NCBI GenBank assembly: GCA_965203315.1 | Contig: OZ241857.1 | Location: 1 to 64,000 of the forward strand | Direction of reading: 5' to 3' | Source: Nitrosopumilus sp. | GTDB lineage: Archaea; Thermoproteota; Nitrososphaeria; Nitrososphaerales; Nitrosopumilaceae | Length of the DNA stretch: 64,000 nucleotides | Shown here: piece after piece, positions 42,697 through 52,488 of the stretch | Layout: each line of letters begins with the position of its first letter | Numbering within the stretch: position 1 is the stretch's first letter | Position numbers and translations under genes: made by a program | The notes under the pieces: generated by a model | The model's database searches: none | Told to the model about the DNA's origin: nothing | The model's input: the letters and a program-made list of their open reading frames with translations, nothing else

Positions 42697-43074
42697 ATGG
42701 CACTAATTGTATCACTAATTTTGGTTGGAATCTCTATAGTACTGTTAGCTATATACGGTGCGGACGTCGCAGTCGGCATCTCTAATGATGGTGAAGGTTT
42801 TATTCCGTTTGATCACAGAACGCGCGGTCTAGGGCTGGGTCTTCCTGCTCTCATTCTTCCATTTATTGCGTTCTTTATATCTAGGAGTGAGCCATCTAAG
42901 GGGCTAGGCATAATGATCATTATTGCTGGAGCATTGATCGTCATTGGCGGTATAGCTGTTATTGGGAATGCTGATCCCGACTCGGAGCGAAATGTATTTG
43001 CCGAATCAGTACCACTAGTAGTTGCAGGTGCCATACAGATCGGCCTCGGTGGCTACAAGATTCGTTCATCATAA
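42697..43074 (+). CDS. Four-TM hypothetical membrane protein
   Basis: Hydrophobic segments; TTTATT upstream. Confidence 0.75.
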   Translation: MALIVSLILVGISIVLLAIYGADVAVGISNDGEGFIPFDHRTRGLGLGLPALILPFIAFFISRSEPSKGLGIMIIIAGALIVIGGIAVIGNADPDSERNVFAESVPLVVAGAIQIGLGGYKIRSS

Positions 43075-43076
43075 TC

Positions 43077-43199
43077 ATGGCTATCTGCGCAAAGTGCCAA
43101 AGTGATGTTAAACGAGTATATGACTGCGAACACACCGACTATAAAGAATACTGTGTAGAGTGTTACACCGAACTACACTATCATCTCACAAATACATGA
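43077..43199 (+). CDS. 40-aa zinc-finger-like microprotein (absent from ORF track)
   Basis: MAICAKCQSDVKRVYDCEHTDYKEYCVECYTELHYHLTNT; starts 2 nt after the upstream stop. Confidence 0.7.
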   Translation: MAICAKCQSDVKRVYDCEHTDYKEYCVECYTELHYHLTNT

Positions 43200-43585
43200 T
43201 TATATCTACAGATATGTGGAATTTTACATTCACCGATAGATTCTCCTTGTCAAGAGTGGAATTAAGGAATCTCAATAAATTCCAAAAGGTGATTCATGCA
43301 TTGTACATTGCATGCTGTGTATTGTGTAGAGTACTCGGTACTCTAGAATATTATGGTGTGTTATGTGTGGCAAAATGTTTGACCTGATTGTTGGCAGAGA
43401 TTCATGTCTAACCGTGACAAACACTAGATAAACTCCACGAGACAGATTGTCTGTGTACCCGTACGTGTAGACTAGACGATATGCACATGCTGCTAATGTT
43501 GTCCAAAAACGAATTACAAAGACGCTTGACATTACTACATACCTGGCAATCAATTTACATATATCGTATACAAAGATGAATGTGA

Positions 43586-44251
43586 TTGGACGTAATAATT
43601 CTTGCAGGTGGTCAAGGTAAGCGACTTCGACCACTGACCGATTATATCCCAAAACCACTAATTCCAATAAACAATATCCCGATAATCGACTGGCAGATCC
43701 GTTATCTGTCACAGTTTGGCGTAAAACATGTGATCATATCTACCGGATTCAAGTCTGAGATGATACACCATTATCTTGAGACGAGAGATTTAGATATCGA
43801 GATCACACTATGTGCAGAACCTAGTCCCTTTGGAACTGGGGGTGCAATCAAGTTTGCAGCACAGTACATTGGCGAACAATCTGTATTCGTGATGAATGGC
43901 GATATCATAACCGATCTAGATATGCAACAACTTGGACCAGACTCTATTGCTGCTGTACCTCTACGTACAAAGTTTGGCATCTTGGATATTACAGACTCGC
44001 ACGTTGTTGCGTTTCATGAAAAACAAGTTTTGTACGATACATGGATGAATGCAGGCATATACCACTTGACCGAAGAGTTGATATCTGAACTACCCGACAA
44101 GGGCAACATTGAGGATACTATATTCCCAAAATACGCAAGTGAGAAGAGGCTACATGTTGTACAGTATGGGGATGCAAGGTGGCACTCGATCGACTCTATC
44201 AAAGACATCGAAACAGTCTCGACCGAGATCGACTCTATCATCGAGTACTAG
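43586..44251 (+). CDS. Sugar-phosphate nucleotidyltransferase
   Basis: ILAGGQGKRLRPLT..PKPL, GTGGAI, NGD. Confidence 0.92.
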   Translation: MDVIILAGGQGKRLRPLTDYIPKPLIPINNIPIIDWQIRYLSQFGVKHVIISTGFKSEMIHHYLETRDLDIEITLCAEPSPFGTGGAIKFAAQYIGEQSVFVMNGDIITDLDMQQLGPDSIAAVPLRTKFGILDITDSHVVAFHEKQVLYDTWMNAGIYHLTEELISELPDKGNIEDTIFPKYASEKRLHVVQYGDARWHSIDSIKDIETVSTEIDSIIEY

Positions 44252-44462
44252 GCACCTGTGCGATGGAGCGTAACCATCATGTAAGCAACCTCGTCCAAGA
44301 ACAAATCATCTTGAACAGTAGATACATACTTTGTTACATCGCTCCAAAAACTCGTCTTGTTTTGCATCTGTATAATTTACAGATCAAACTCATAACTACT
44401 ATAACATCAATCAATCTTTACCTATTGCTAAAACTGATAAACCAAATATTTGCACTATTGGT

Positions 44463-45431
44463 ATGCGCGTTGGCTGTAGTTTGGGTTCACTTTTGTCTAT
44501 ATCTGATATTCTGAGGTGTGCTCGATATCTCTCCAAGACTAGTGTCGATACCGTGTGGATTCCAGAGACGTGGGGTATGGAGTCCTTTTCGATCTTGAGC
44601 GCTGTGGCAGATCTATTGCCACAAAATATGGGTACATCAATAGTGAACATCTACTCTCGTAGCCCATCTCTGATCGCAATGGCGTCGGCCACTGTAGATA
44701 CAATATCGAATGGTCGACTAGTATTGGGACTAGGTACGAGTAGCCTCCCTATTGTACAAGACTTTCATGGAATGCGATTTGAGCGACCTGTACTAAGAAT
44801 GAGAGAGTACGTCGAGATAATTCGTCTATTATTACAAGGTGGCAAGATCAACTATTCTGGCACGATGTTCACGTTACAAAACTTTGAACTGCTTGTCAAA
44901 TCACCACGAGATAAAATCCCAATATATCTCGCTGCCATAAATAGCAAGATGATCGATCTGACGTGGGAGATTGCAGATGGCACTATACTGTATCTACGAC
45001 CTAAACATGAGATGAGATCTATGATCAAGACACAACAATCACGACGTGAGATAGATGTGACATGTCAGATCATAACATCGGTCTCCAATGACTCTGACAT
45101 GGCAGACACTCGTGCAAAGAAGACACTTGCATTTTATATCGCAGTGGGAGAGATATATCGAAGATTTCTAGCAGATAACGGATACAGAAATGTATGTGAT
45201 TCTGTCTATTCACAATACAAAGAGTCTGGCTTGAAATACATACACGAATTAATTCCGGATGGCATGTTAAACGATCTATGTATATCTGGTACACCTACAA
45301 CATGTAGGGAGAGACTAGCAAGCTTTGCAGATACAGGTATAGACATGCCGATACTACAGTTTAATCCTGTAGATAACACTCACGAGTCGTTTGATCTATT
45401 CTGTTCTACATTTCTGGAGTGCAAGGCATGA
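44463..45431 (+). CDS. LLM-class (probably F420-dependent) oxidoreductase
   Basis: VWIPETWG, GTSIVNIYSRSP, SNGRLVLGLG. Confidence 0.9.
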   Translation: MRVGCSLGSLLSISDILRCARYLSKTSVDTVWIPETWGMESFSILSAVADLLPQNMGTSIVNIYSRSPSLIAMASATVDTISNGRLVLGLGTSSLPIVQDFHGMRFERPVLRMREYVEIIRLLLQGGKINYSGTMFTLQNFELLVKSPRDKIPIYLAAINSKMIDLTWEIADGTILYLRPKHEMRSMIKTQQSRREIDVTCQIITSVSNDSDMADTRAKKTLAFYIAVGEIYRRFLADNGYRNVCDSVYSQYKESGLKYIHELIPDGMLNDLCISGTPTTCRERLASFADTGIDMPILQFNPVDNTHESFDLFCSTFLECKA

Positions 45432-46531
45432 GGGTAGGCATCGTCTCATATGGCATGACAAAGTTCTCACAACGCGATCAAGATATAGAACTAGTGATAC
45501 TCGAGTCGATACGAGATCTATTGGAGTCAAACTCGTCTATAGACAGAAGAGAGATAGATGCAGTACTGGTATCTACAAACAGCAATGAAAAGTATCTTGC
45601 AGCTGTATCTTCTGAGATGATCGGTATCGCACCCAAGATATCTCATACTGTTGAGAGTCTATGCAACTCTGGCACAAATGCTATCTCTACAGGGTACTCG
45701 TATATTGCAGCAGGTTTGGCTGATCTGGTTCTAGTATGTGGTGCTGAGAGATACGATAGTCCTGGTCAAGTACTGACGTGGGACAAAGCGAGAGGTGAGT
45801 TTATGCATCCGATCTTTTGGGCATCCCTCTTCACACAAGCATATACATCAAAGTACCAGATAAAGCCAGAACAACTCGCACTGGTCGCGGTCAAGAACAA
45901 TCATCAAGCAAAGTATAATCCATATGCATTTGATCCGAGATCTCTGGATGTTGATGATGTTCTTGGTTCTAGGCAGTTAACACAAGATCTACGCCTATAC
46001 GAGTGTTCTAGACCTTGTACTGGTAGCGCTACTATACTCTTGGCTGCAGAGTCGATTGCACACAAGATATCTGATGATATCACGTGGATAACCGGAATAG
46101 GACAAAAGACCATCTCTGGCGGATTCACAAAAAATGAATCACTGACCTGTATAGAATCAACTAGGATTGCGGGTCAATCTGCATTAGCGATGGCGGGACA
46201 CACAATTGACAAAGTAGACGTTGCAGAGATACATGACGCATTTGCTGTATGCGAGCCTATGATACTGGAGTCATTGGGATTTGCTACGGCTGGACACGGT
46301 GTGTCTCTGGTTGACGAGTTGTACAGCACCCAAGACTTTAAGATAAATCCTCGAGGCGGACTTTTAGGCTCAGGTCATCCACTCGGCGCAACAGGTATTG
46401 CACAGACGATCGAGATTGCGACACAACTCGGATCCAAAGCAGGTAAACGACAGATAGATGCAGAGATCGGTCTAGTTCAAAACATGGCAGCTGCAGCAAC
46501 ATCATCTACAGTGCTGGTGTTGGAGCGATGA
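45428..46531 (+). CDS. Thiolase family protein
   Basis: CNSG, AEIHDAF, NPRGGLL..GHPLGATG. Confidence 0.92.
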   Translation: MRVGIVSYGMTKFSQRDQDIELVILESIRDLLESNSSIDRREIDAVLVSTNSNEKYLAAVSSEMIGIAPKISHTVESLCNSGTNAISTGYSYIAAGLADLVLVCGAERYDSPGQVLTWDKARGEFMHPIFWASLFTQAYTSKYQIKPEQLALVAVKNNHQAKYNPYAFDPRSLDVDDVLGSRQLTQDLRLYECSRPCTGSATILLAAESIAHKISDDITWITGIGQKTISGGFTKNESLTCIESTRIAGQSALAMAGHTIDKVDVAEIHDAFAVCEPMILESLGFATAGHGVSLVDELYSTQDFKINPRGGLLGSGHPLGATGIAQTIEIATQLGSKAGKRQIDAEIGLVQNMAAAATSSTVLVLER

Positions 46532-46836
46532 GCTTTGAATCTGATCTCACAAAGGGAGTATTTTCTATTCCTAGGTGCGCATCCTGCAACAAAGTTTCAT
46601 GGCCACCTGCTCAATTCTGTAGTCTCTGTTTTGGAGAGATCAAATTACAACAAGGACAATTTAGTGGCAAGATACTAGCATACTCGCGCAAAGATGATGA
46701 ATACTTTTGTATGGTTGAGATAGAGCCGGGAATGACGTTGTTGGCCAAGGCACTTAATCCTCCCAAGGTCGGACAAATTGTAAAGATAGTGAACTGTGGT
46801 ATCAAGAACCATGGTTACTTTTTTGATGTGATCTGA
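46528..46836 (+). CDS. DUF35 Zn-ribbon/OB-fold protein
   Basis: CASC...WPP...CSLC; overlaps the thiolase stop. Confidence 0.85.
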   Translation: MSFESDLTKGVFSIPRCASCNKVSWPPAQFCSLCFGEIKLQQGQFSGKILAYSRKDDEYFCMVEIEPGMTLLAKALNPPKVGQIVKIVNCGIKNHGYFFDVI

Positions 46837-47638
46837 ATCTAGTATAAATAAAAGGCGTGTTGTGTATCTGATCAAATGTCCAAACTGTGGGCAAGCTCAA
46901 TACAGATTGTATCTCTAGATCATGTTTTGTAATCAATGGACTCCATCCCCCATCTCTGTTGTTTGCTGATAAGGCTCTCTTGGATATCGTTCCCGCAAAT
47001 ACGATTCCGGTGTCTTGCATTCTCTCGCGTATCTTTGATATAAGATCAGATGCCAACACATCTCCACCCATTTGAGGTAGTCCACCAACAAAGAATATTG
47101 GTCTCTTTAGATCTAGATTATAATCAAACGTTAATGCGTCAGCACATATTGCCCCAAAGTCTAGCTTTGTTGCTTTGGATATTGTATTCTGTAGTTCAAC
47201 TAGTCCCTCATCGATCTCTATGCTGTACGATCTAAGTCCCAACACACTTGCACAGAATGATATTCGACCGTCGCCTGAACCTACATCAACTAGTTCAGCA
47301 TATCCGAGTGATCTGGCAAGGCTTGCCATCAAGTATGCTGATACTATCCATGTCGGATAAAATGGTTGACAACTAGATCCGTGCTTTATACTGTCTAGCC
47401 AGTACTGATTGATATCGCCTTCGTATACAGTACACTCTACATCTGCAAACTTTTCTTGATAGTGGTTGTAGTATATCGGATTACTCTGTGCAAAAGCGTG
47501 TAGATATTCTAGATATGTGTGATCTATCTGAGGGTCTAGAGATAAAGGTATGATCTCTTGAATGTGCGCACGTCCTGTGTACCGCCTGGCAAACTCTTCT
47601 TTGATCTTGCATAGCGTATATGCTGCATCACATATCAT
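46802..47638 (-). CDS. Class I SAM-dependent methyltransferase-like protein
   Basis: LVDVGSGDGR, SIEID, CADAL. Confidence 0.75.
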   Translation of the reverse strand: MICDAAYTLCKIKEEFARRYTGRAHIQEIIPLSLDPQIDHTYLEYLHAFAQSNPIYYNHYQEKFADVECTVYEGDINQYWLDSIKHGSSCQPFYPTWIVSAYLMASLARSLGYAELVDVGSGDGRISFCASVLGLRSYSIEIDEGLVELQNTISKATKLDFGAICADALTFDYNLDLKRPIFFVGGLPQMGGDVLASDLISKIRERMQDTGIVFAGTISKRALSANNRDGGWSPLITKHDLEIQSVLSLPTVWTFDQIHNTPFIYTRFRSHQKSNHGS

Positions 47639-47778
47639 ATATGAGTAGATTCGATGTGGTTTGATAAATGATTGTCATGGTATGTGTTTTGAGATGATAT
47701 CTTGTTGATCGATCAAGAGTTTGCATGAAACAGTATCTGACAAGTTGTTTTACACTCTGAATCACTTGGGTATGATTT

Positions 47779-48480
47779 ATGCAGGATTCTCTACAAATCA
47801 TCATAAATGTGGATGGGTTATTACGTAATAACCCCCATCTTATATACTCTAAATTAAATACATTAGAGATGAGTCAAATCGATCAGATAGGTGCCATTCA
47901 AATATCAAAAACCATGCCTCCATCTAGTGATACAAAGTTGAGATATATCTCATATTCTACACAACACAAGACACCTGTAGATATCTCTGTGGCAAATAGA
48001 CATTCTGCTCGTACTAGTCGGCAACGTGGATATGGGTGGGAAGACACTATTGTAAAACGATTCAATGCACTACGATATTGGCATGCTTTTAGACTAGGTT
48101 CTCCTAGTGTTGGATTGCCAGACGTGTTGGCAATCAACCGTAAAATTCATACTCTATATACCATTGAAGCCAAGTCTGGTACTGGAACAACATTATCTGT
48201 ACCATATGATCAGATCGATCGTTGTCTTTTATGGGCAAAGACATTTGATCTATACGATGCTCATGTCTTACTTGCATTCAAGTTTTTATCAAAGAAGCGA
48301 GTGGGCGGTGGCAGATATACGCATAGACCATTACATGAGTTCTTTAAAGCTTGGCCTAAATCTAAAAAAGCAACTGATTGTATCTGTAGCTATGATGGAA
48401 CTCTATATACTAATGTTGGCGGTCACCGTAGAGAGATCATGGCTGAGGATGCTGTGTTGCCCTTTAAGATAAGACACTAG
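47779..48480 (+). CDS. Hjc-like PD-(D/E)XK nuclease (resolvase family); true start probably later
   Basis: RGYGWE, LPDVLA, IEAKS. Confidence 0.75.
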   Translation: MQDSLQIIINVDGLLRNNPHLIYSKLNTLEMSQIDQIGAIQISKTMPPSSDTKLRYISYSTQHKTPVDISVANRHSARTSRQRGYGWEDTIVKRFNALRYWHAFRLGSPSVGLPDVLAINRKIHTLYTIEAKSGTGTTLSVPYDQIDRCLLWAKTFDLYDAHVLLAFKFLSKKRVGGGRYTHRPLHEFFKAWPKSKKATDCICSYDGTLYTNVGGHRREIMAEDAVLPFKIRH

Positions 48481-48599
48481 TGGACATGCGTCTACATATC
48501 GTGCATACGGTAATCACAATTGGTGGATATTATATGTGCAAATAATCTATGTGGCACATATTACAAACTGATTTATACTGTACAGTGTATTATCTGTGT

Positions 48600-48710
48600 A
48601 TGGTTGAAAGCGAAGAACTATCAGAAGAGAAGAGAAAGTTCCTGATCGAGTCAGTGGAAGAATGCCTTAGAGACTATAAGGAGATCTTTGATGAATTGGA
48701 CAAGGTCTGA
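48600..48710 (+). CDS. Putative 36-aa antitoxin 1 (absent from ORF track)
   Basis: MVESEELSEEKRKFLIESVEECLRDYKEIFDELDKV; TGATG coupling to doc. Confidence 0.8.
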   Translation: MVESEELSEEKRKFLIESVEECLRDYKEIFDELDKV

Positions 48711-49132
48711 TGTCTAGTATAACCATAAAAGAAATCATTTCAATACACTCGCGAATTGCAAAAGAGTATGGTATTTCTACAGCCATCTTGAATAGAGGAT
48801 CACTCGAATCTATCGCTAGTAAACCAGATTTGCATATTCGTGACAAGGCTGTCTATGATGATATCTTTAAAAAAGCAGCATGTTTGATAGAAGGTATACT
48901 TAGATTGCATCCGTTTGTAGATGGAAACAAAAGAACAGGTTTTGCCAGTGCGTACTATTTTTTAGAAGAGCATGGATATCTTCTCACACTCACGCCAGAT
49001 ACTACACCGTATGCTGTAGATATAGCTCGAAATCTCGATACTGAACCATCTGCAACTGAAACACTGATCTCGGATATTGCAACATGGTTAGAGGCTCGTT
49101 CTAAAAAGATGGAAGAGTTCTTAAATTCTTAG
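48710..49132 (+). CDS. doc: Doc/Fic family toxin 1
   Basis: HPFVDGNKRTG motif, IHS, G.LES. Confidence 0.92.
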   Translation: MSSITIKEIISIHSRIAKEYGISTAILNRGSLESIASKPDLHIRDKAVYDDIFKKAACLIEGILRLHPFVDGNKRTGFASAYYFLEEHGYLLTLTPDTTPYAVDIARNLDTEPSATETLISDIATWLEARSKKMEEFLNS

Positions 49133-49336
49133 ATGATCCTGTGTGGGCAGTGATGAAAATGTTGGTGGCTTTGTAATGTGCTGTCATGCTTAGACACGAT
49201 CAAGCTTGTCCTTAGAATTAGATGTGGGGTTGTCGCTAACATGTTGTACGTTAGTTTTATGGAGTCATAATGCCGTATACGTGCACTCGTTTTGTTTTAC
49301 TGTTCATATGTGCCATATCTCTTTTCTGTTGCGTCT

Positions 49337-49450
49337 GATCTTTTCGGTTTACGTGGGACTAACGGTTACAGAAAAATCACGGCAAGATTTTATATGGAAG
49401 GATTGGAAAAAGCCTTACGAAATACCATCCCACGTAAACTGAAAATGTCC
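49337..49450. mobile_element. MITE family A, copy 6
   Basis: TTTTCGGTTTACGTGGGA ... TCCCACGTAAACTGAAAA. Confidence 0.88.
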
Positions 49451-49524
49451 GTACGGCGCTATATATGATCGCATATCTGATGCTTAACCAAATCTATTTA
49501 TGCTAGTAAGTACTTAATATCTAT

Positions 49525-49635
49525 ATGGTCGAAAATGAAGAACTATCCGAAGAGACAAAAGAGTTTGTAATCCGATCTGTGAAAAAAACCCTTGAAGAAT
49601 ATAAAGAGATCTTTGATGAACTGGACAAGGTCTAA
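49525..49635 (+). CDS. Putative 36-aa antitoxin 2 (absent from ORF track)
   Basis: MVENEELSEETKEFVIRSVKKTLEEYKEIFDELDKV; TAATG coupling to doc. Confidence 0.8.
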   Translation: MVENEELSEETKEFVIRSVKKTLEEYKEIFDELDKV

Positions 49636-50042
49636 TGCCTAACATAACTGTTGAATATATTATTTTGGCACAATCCGAGATCGCAAACCAGTATGATATA
49701 CCAACAACTATCATAAACCGAGGAGCGCTTGAATCTATAGCAGAAAAGCCAAATTCAAATTTCTACGGCAAAGCCATATATGATGATATCTTTAAAAAAG
49801 CAGCATGTTTGATTGAAGGCATCATTAGATTTCATCCATTTATTGATGGGAATAAAAGAACTGCATTTGCAGTTGCTTGTTCTTTTTTAGATAGCTGTGG
49901 ATACACTCTCACACTCACACCGGATACTACACAGTATGCTGTAGATATAGCTCAAAATCTCGATACTGAACCATCTGCAACTGAAACACTGATCTCTGAT
50001 ATTGCAACATGGTTAGAGGCTCGTTCTAAAAAGATGGAATAA
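49635..50042 (+). CDS. doc: Doc/Fic family toxin 2
   Basis: HPFIDGNKRTA; paralog of 48710-49132. Confidence 0.92.
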   Translation: MPNITVEYIILAQSEIANQYDIPTTIINRGALESIAEKPNSNFYGKAIYDDIFKKAACLIEGIIRFHPFIDGNKRTAFAVACSFLDSCGYTLTLTPDTTQYAVDIAQNLDTEPSATETLISDIATWLEARSKKME

Positions 50043-50603
50043 AGTTCTTGTTCTTTGATTGTATGTTTGTCACCATCTCATATCATATGAGATCTATGCT
50101 TGTCAATTGTTCTGCCATTTAAGTCGTCATATTTGATCGTAATGGTTACAAACGATCATAAATGTTGATTCTAGTATCTATCTGGTCGACACATACAATC
50201 ACTTGTTTTGTGTTTAGCATATTTCGTGTTGGAACAAAAGTATGGTAATTCAATCACGTGCCTGCAACGTATGCAGTAAATAATCACTGTCTACAAAACA
50301 CAACTCGAATCACAATTGTTCAAAATCATCTATAATCTATTCGACTCGTGTAAAACAATCAATAAAAAAGTACAGAATGTTTAGACGTACACTATCAATA
50401 ACGTTACGAGTTCATCTTTTTCTACATTGCTGACACAATTATGATCTAGTGGCTTTCATTATGTGTGCCACTAGCCGAGACTTGCATTCTCGCAAACCAT
50501 CGTACTAATTATTATCTTGATTATTGTAAACATATTCTGTATCGGTGCCAAGGCTAGACTAGAATCTAAAATCCTTTAATATGGTCATGGTGTATATGAT
50601 ATT

Positions 50604-51044
50604 ATGGACAAAGACAGTGATATCTCTGAAGTATCTTCAGAGTCTCTACTCGAGTCCGTCTCTGACGCTGAGGTAAATTCTAGGATAAGTTTTGAGGCAT
50701 TTACAGACGAACGTACACTAATCAGTCATGACGCCTTTGGCAAAAAACAGATGAAGATCAAGGTCTTGGAGGTGTCTGATGAGATACCTCCTGTAAAGTG
50801 GAAGTTTGGTGATCGAGTCAAAGTCACAAAGATTCTTGTAACTATAAAGCATCTGACAACACAGGAGGTCGAGGAAGGCGAGTTTGATATTGAAGCGATA
50901 GAACGTGAACTGCAAGAGACGCGCCATTACACATCAACCAATAGGTGGATTCCAGCAAGCGATATCAAAAATGGTTATGTTGTAGGCTCCAAGCATACGC
51001 GCCTGATCAGTGATGCATCTGCTCTCGATTACATTGTATTTTGA
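50604..51044 (+). CDS. Conserved hypothetical protein
   Basis: 146 aa, TTTAATA upstream. Confidence 0.75.
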   Translation: MDKDSDISEVSSESLLESVSDAEVNSRISFEAFTDERTLISHDAFGKKQMKIKVLEVSDEIPPVKWKFGDRVKVTKILVTIKHLTTQEVEEGEFDIEAIERELQETRHYTSTNRWIPASDIKNGYVVGSKHTRLISDASALDYIVF

Positions 51045-51191
51045 GATTACTATTCCTATTTTAGACATCTCTAGTGCGTTTAGCATCAATCTTTACAAGT
51101 ATCTATTTCGATTAATTGAAAGTTTAGAATTTGTGACTGTATCGCAATCATCTACTCAAATCTAGTTTGGTGCTTGTTTATCAGAATATCT

Positions 51192-51367
51192 GGTTCTGTT
51201 CATTTAACTGGGGATTGGCATTTTCTGCTCAAAATTCTCGAAACTTTGCAAAATATGGAAACTATCTCATATCGGTTATCGTAAATTGCTGTTGTTTTGA
51301 GTATCATATTGTACGTTCTTTGAGATAATGTCATCACGAACTCAACTCCTGTCAATTGAACCGAACC
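51192..51367. mobile_element. MITE family C, copy 2
   Basis: GGTTCTGTTCATTTAAC ... GTCAATTGAACCGAACC; collinear with 22956-23126. Confidence 0.88.
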
Positions 51368-51494
51368 CAATTTGTAGACGTGACTGAGAATTGATATGCA
51401 TATTTCAAATACTATGTGACCACAACCGACTAGATGATACGATCTATACGGTAATGTCTGTAAAACGTTATAAACCAAAGAATTTGAGAATTGT

Positions 51495-51812
51495 GTGTTG
51501 AGTTCAAAGGAATTTCAAGTGAATGGAATCGATTACAAACTAGTTCTGACAGATCATATAGTGGGTCAGATAAAGAACCTCAAAAACCTGTACAACGTAG
51601 CATATGAGGATCCAGAGAGTTTTGAGGATATTAGTGCCGAGATCTCTAGTATCATAAACGATGTCGCCAGTGAGATCGAGCCGTCTGCACGAGACAATGA
51701 TCTAGATGGTCTGATCCAGGCGATAATACAAGTAGTTGACAGTAAAACCGAAGCAATTGAGAAAGAGATGCAAGATAGTGAAAAGCAGTCTCGTCGTAAG
51801 ACAAAACGATGA
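51495..51812 (+). CDS. Conserved hypothetical protein
   Basis: 105 aa, TTATAAA upstream. Confidence 0.75.
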   Translation: MLSSKEFQVNGIDYKLVLTDHIVGQIKNLKNLYNVAYEDPESFEDISAEISSIINDVASEIEPSARDNDLDGLIQAIIQVVDSKTEAIEKEMQDSEKQSRRKTKR

Positions 51813-51867
51813 TCCTGAGATTTAGATATTGAGAATACATTATATTCAAATGTCATCTAGTATACTC

Positions 51868-51987
51868 ATGCCTAGTTGCGAATGTGGAATATGTGGTCAT
51901 CATAACGAATCTGAGTGTATCAAACTTGAATGCAAGTGTTGTATAAACTTCCATCTCCGCTCAGGTCCCAAATCTACTCAGACTTGA
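51868..51987 (+). CDS. 39-aa Cys/His-rich microprotein (absent from ORF track)
   Basis: MPSCECGICGHHNESECIKLECKCCINFHLRSGPKSTQT; TTATAT about 28 nt upstream. Confidence 0.65.
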   Translation: MPSCECGICGHHNESECIKLECKCCINFHLRSGPKSTQT

Positions 51988-52068
51988 AACAACTACATTG
52001 CTTTGCAACGTGTCGACTACATCCAAATATACGATGATCTTGGCAACCACAGATCACACAGTGCCTAG

Positions 52069-52443
52069 TCATAACTCTTCGATCATATCTCTGATCTCCT
52101 CCATCATCTTCTTGCCTTCTAGAGCTTCTAAAATCTTTAACCGCATATTCTTTATCCGATTTGTGTCGTTTGCATACAAAGGTCCCATCGTCTCAATCTC
52201 TTTCTCAAAAAAGTAACTATCTATATAATGTGACATCTTGTTCTGTATCTTTACAAAGTTAGAGAGCTGTATATCCTTGGGCTCGATCTTTGTGATGATC
52301 ACTTTTAACATGCCATTTATCTTTAGTAGCGATTTATTGATCATATCAAGATCTCCCGGCTTGTCTGTCATCTCATCAAGTTCTCTATATGTCTCGTATA
52401 TCTGAGTCATGACGCTCTTGAGATACTCTCTATATGTTACCAT
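52069..52443 (-). CDS. Conserved hypothetical helical protein
   Basis: 124-aa ORF. Confidence 0.75.
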   Translation of the reverse strand: MVTYREYLKSVMTQIYETYRELDEMTDKPGDLDMINKSLLKINGMLKVIITKIEPKDIQLSNFVKIQNKMSHYIDSYFFEKEIETMGPLYANDTNRIKNMRLKILEALEGKKMMEEIRDMIEEL

Positions 52444-52488
52444 AGTTTGTCATACTCTTGATACAATCTAAATATCATCATATACACA

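Noticed and set aside
45428-46836. Thiolase-DUF35 pair as a novel system
   Set aside because: Well-known archaeal arrangement.
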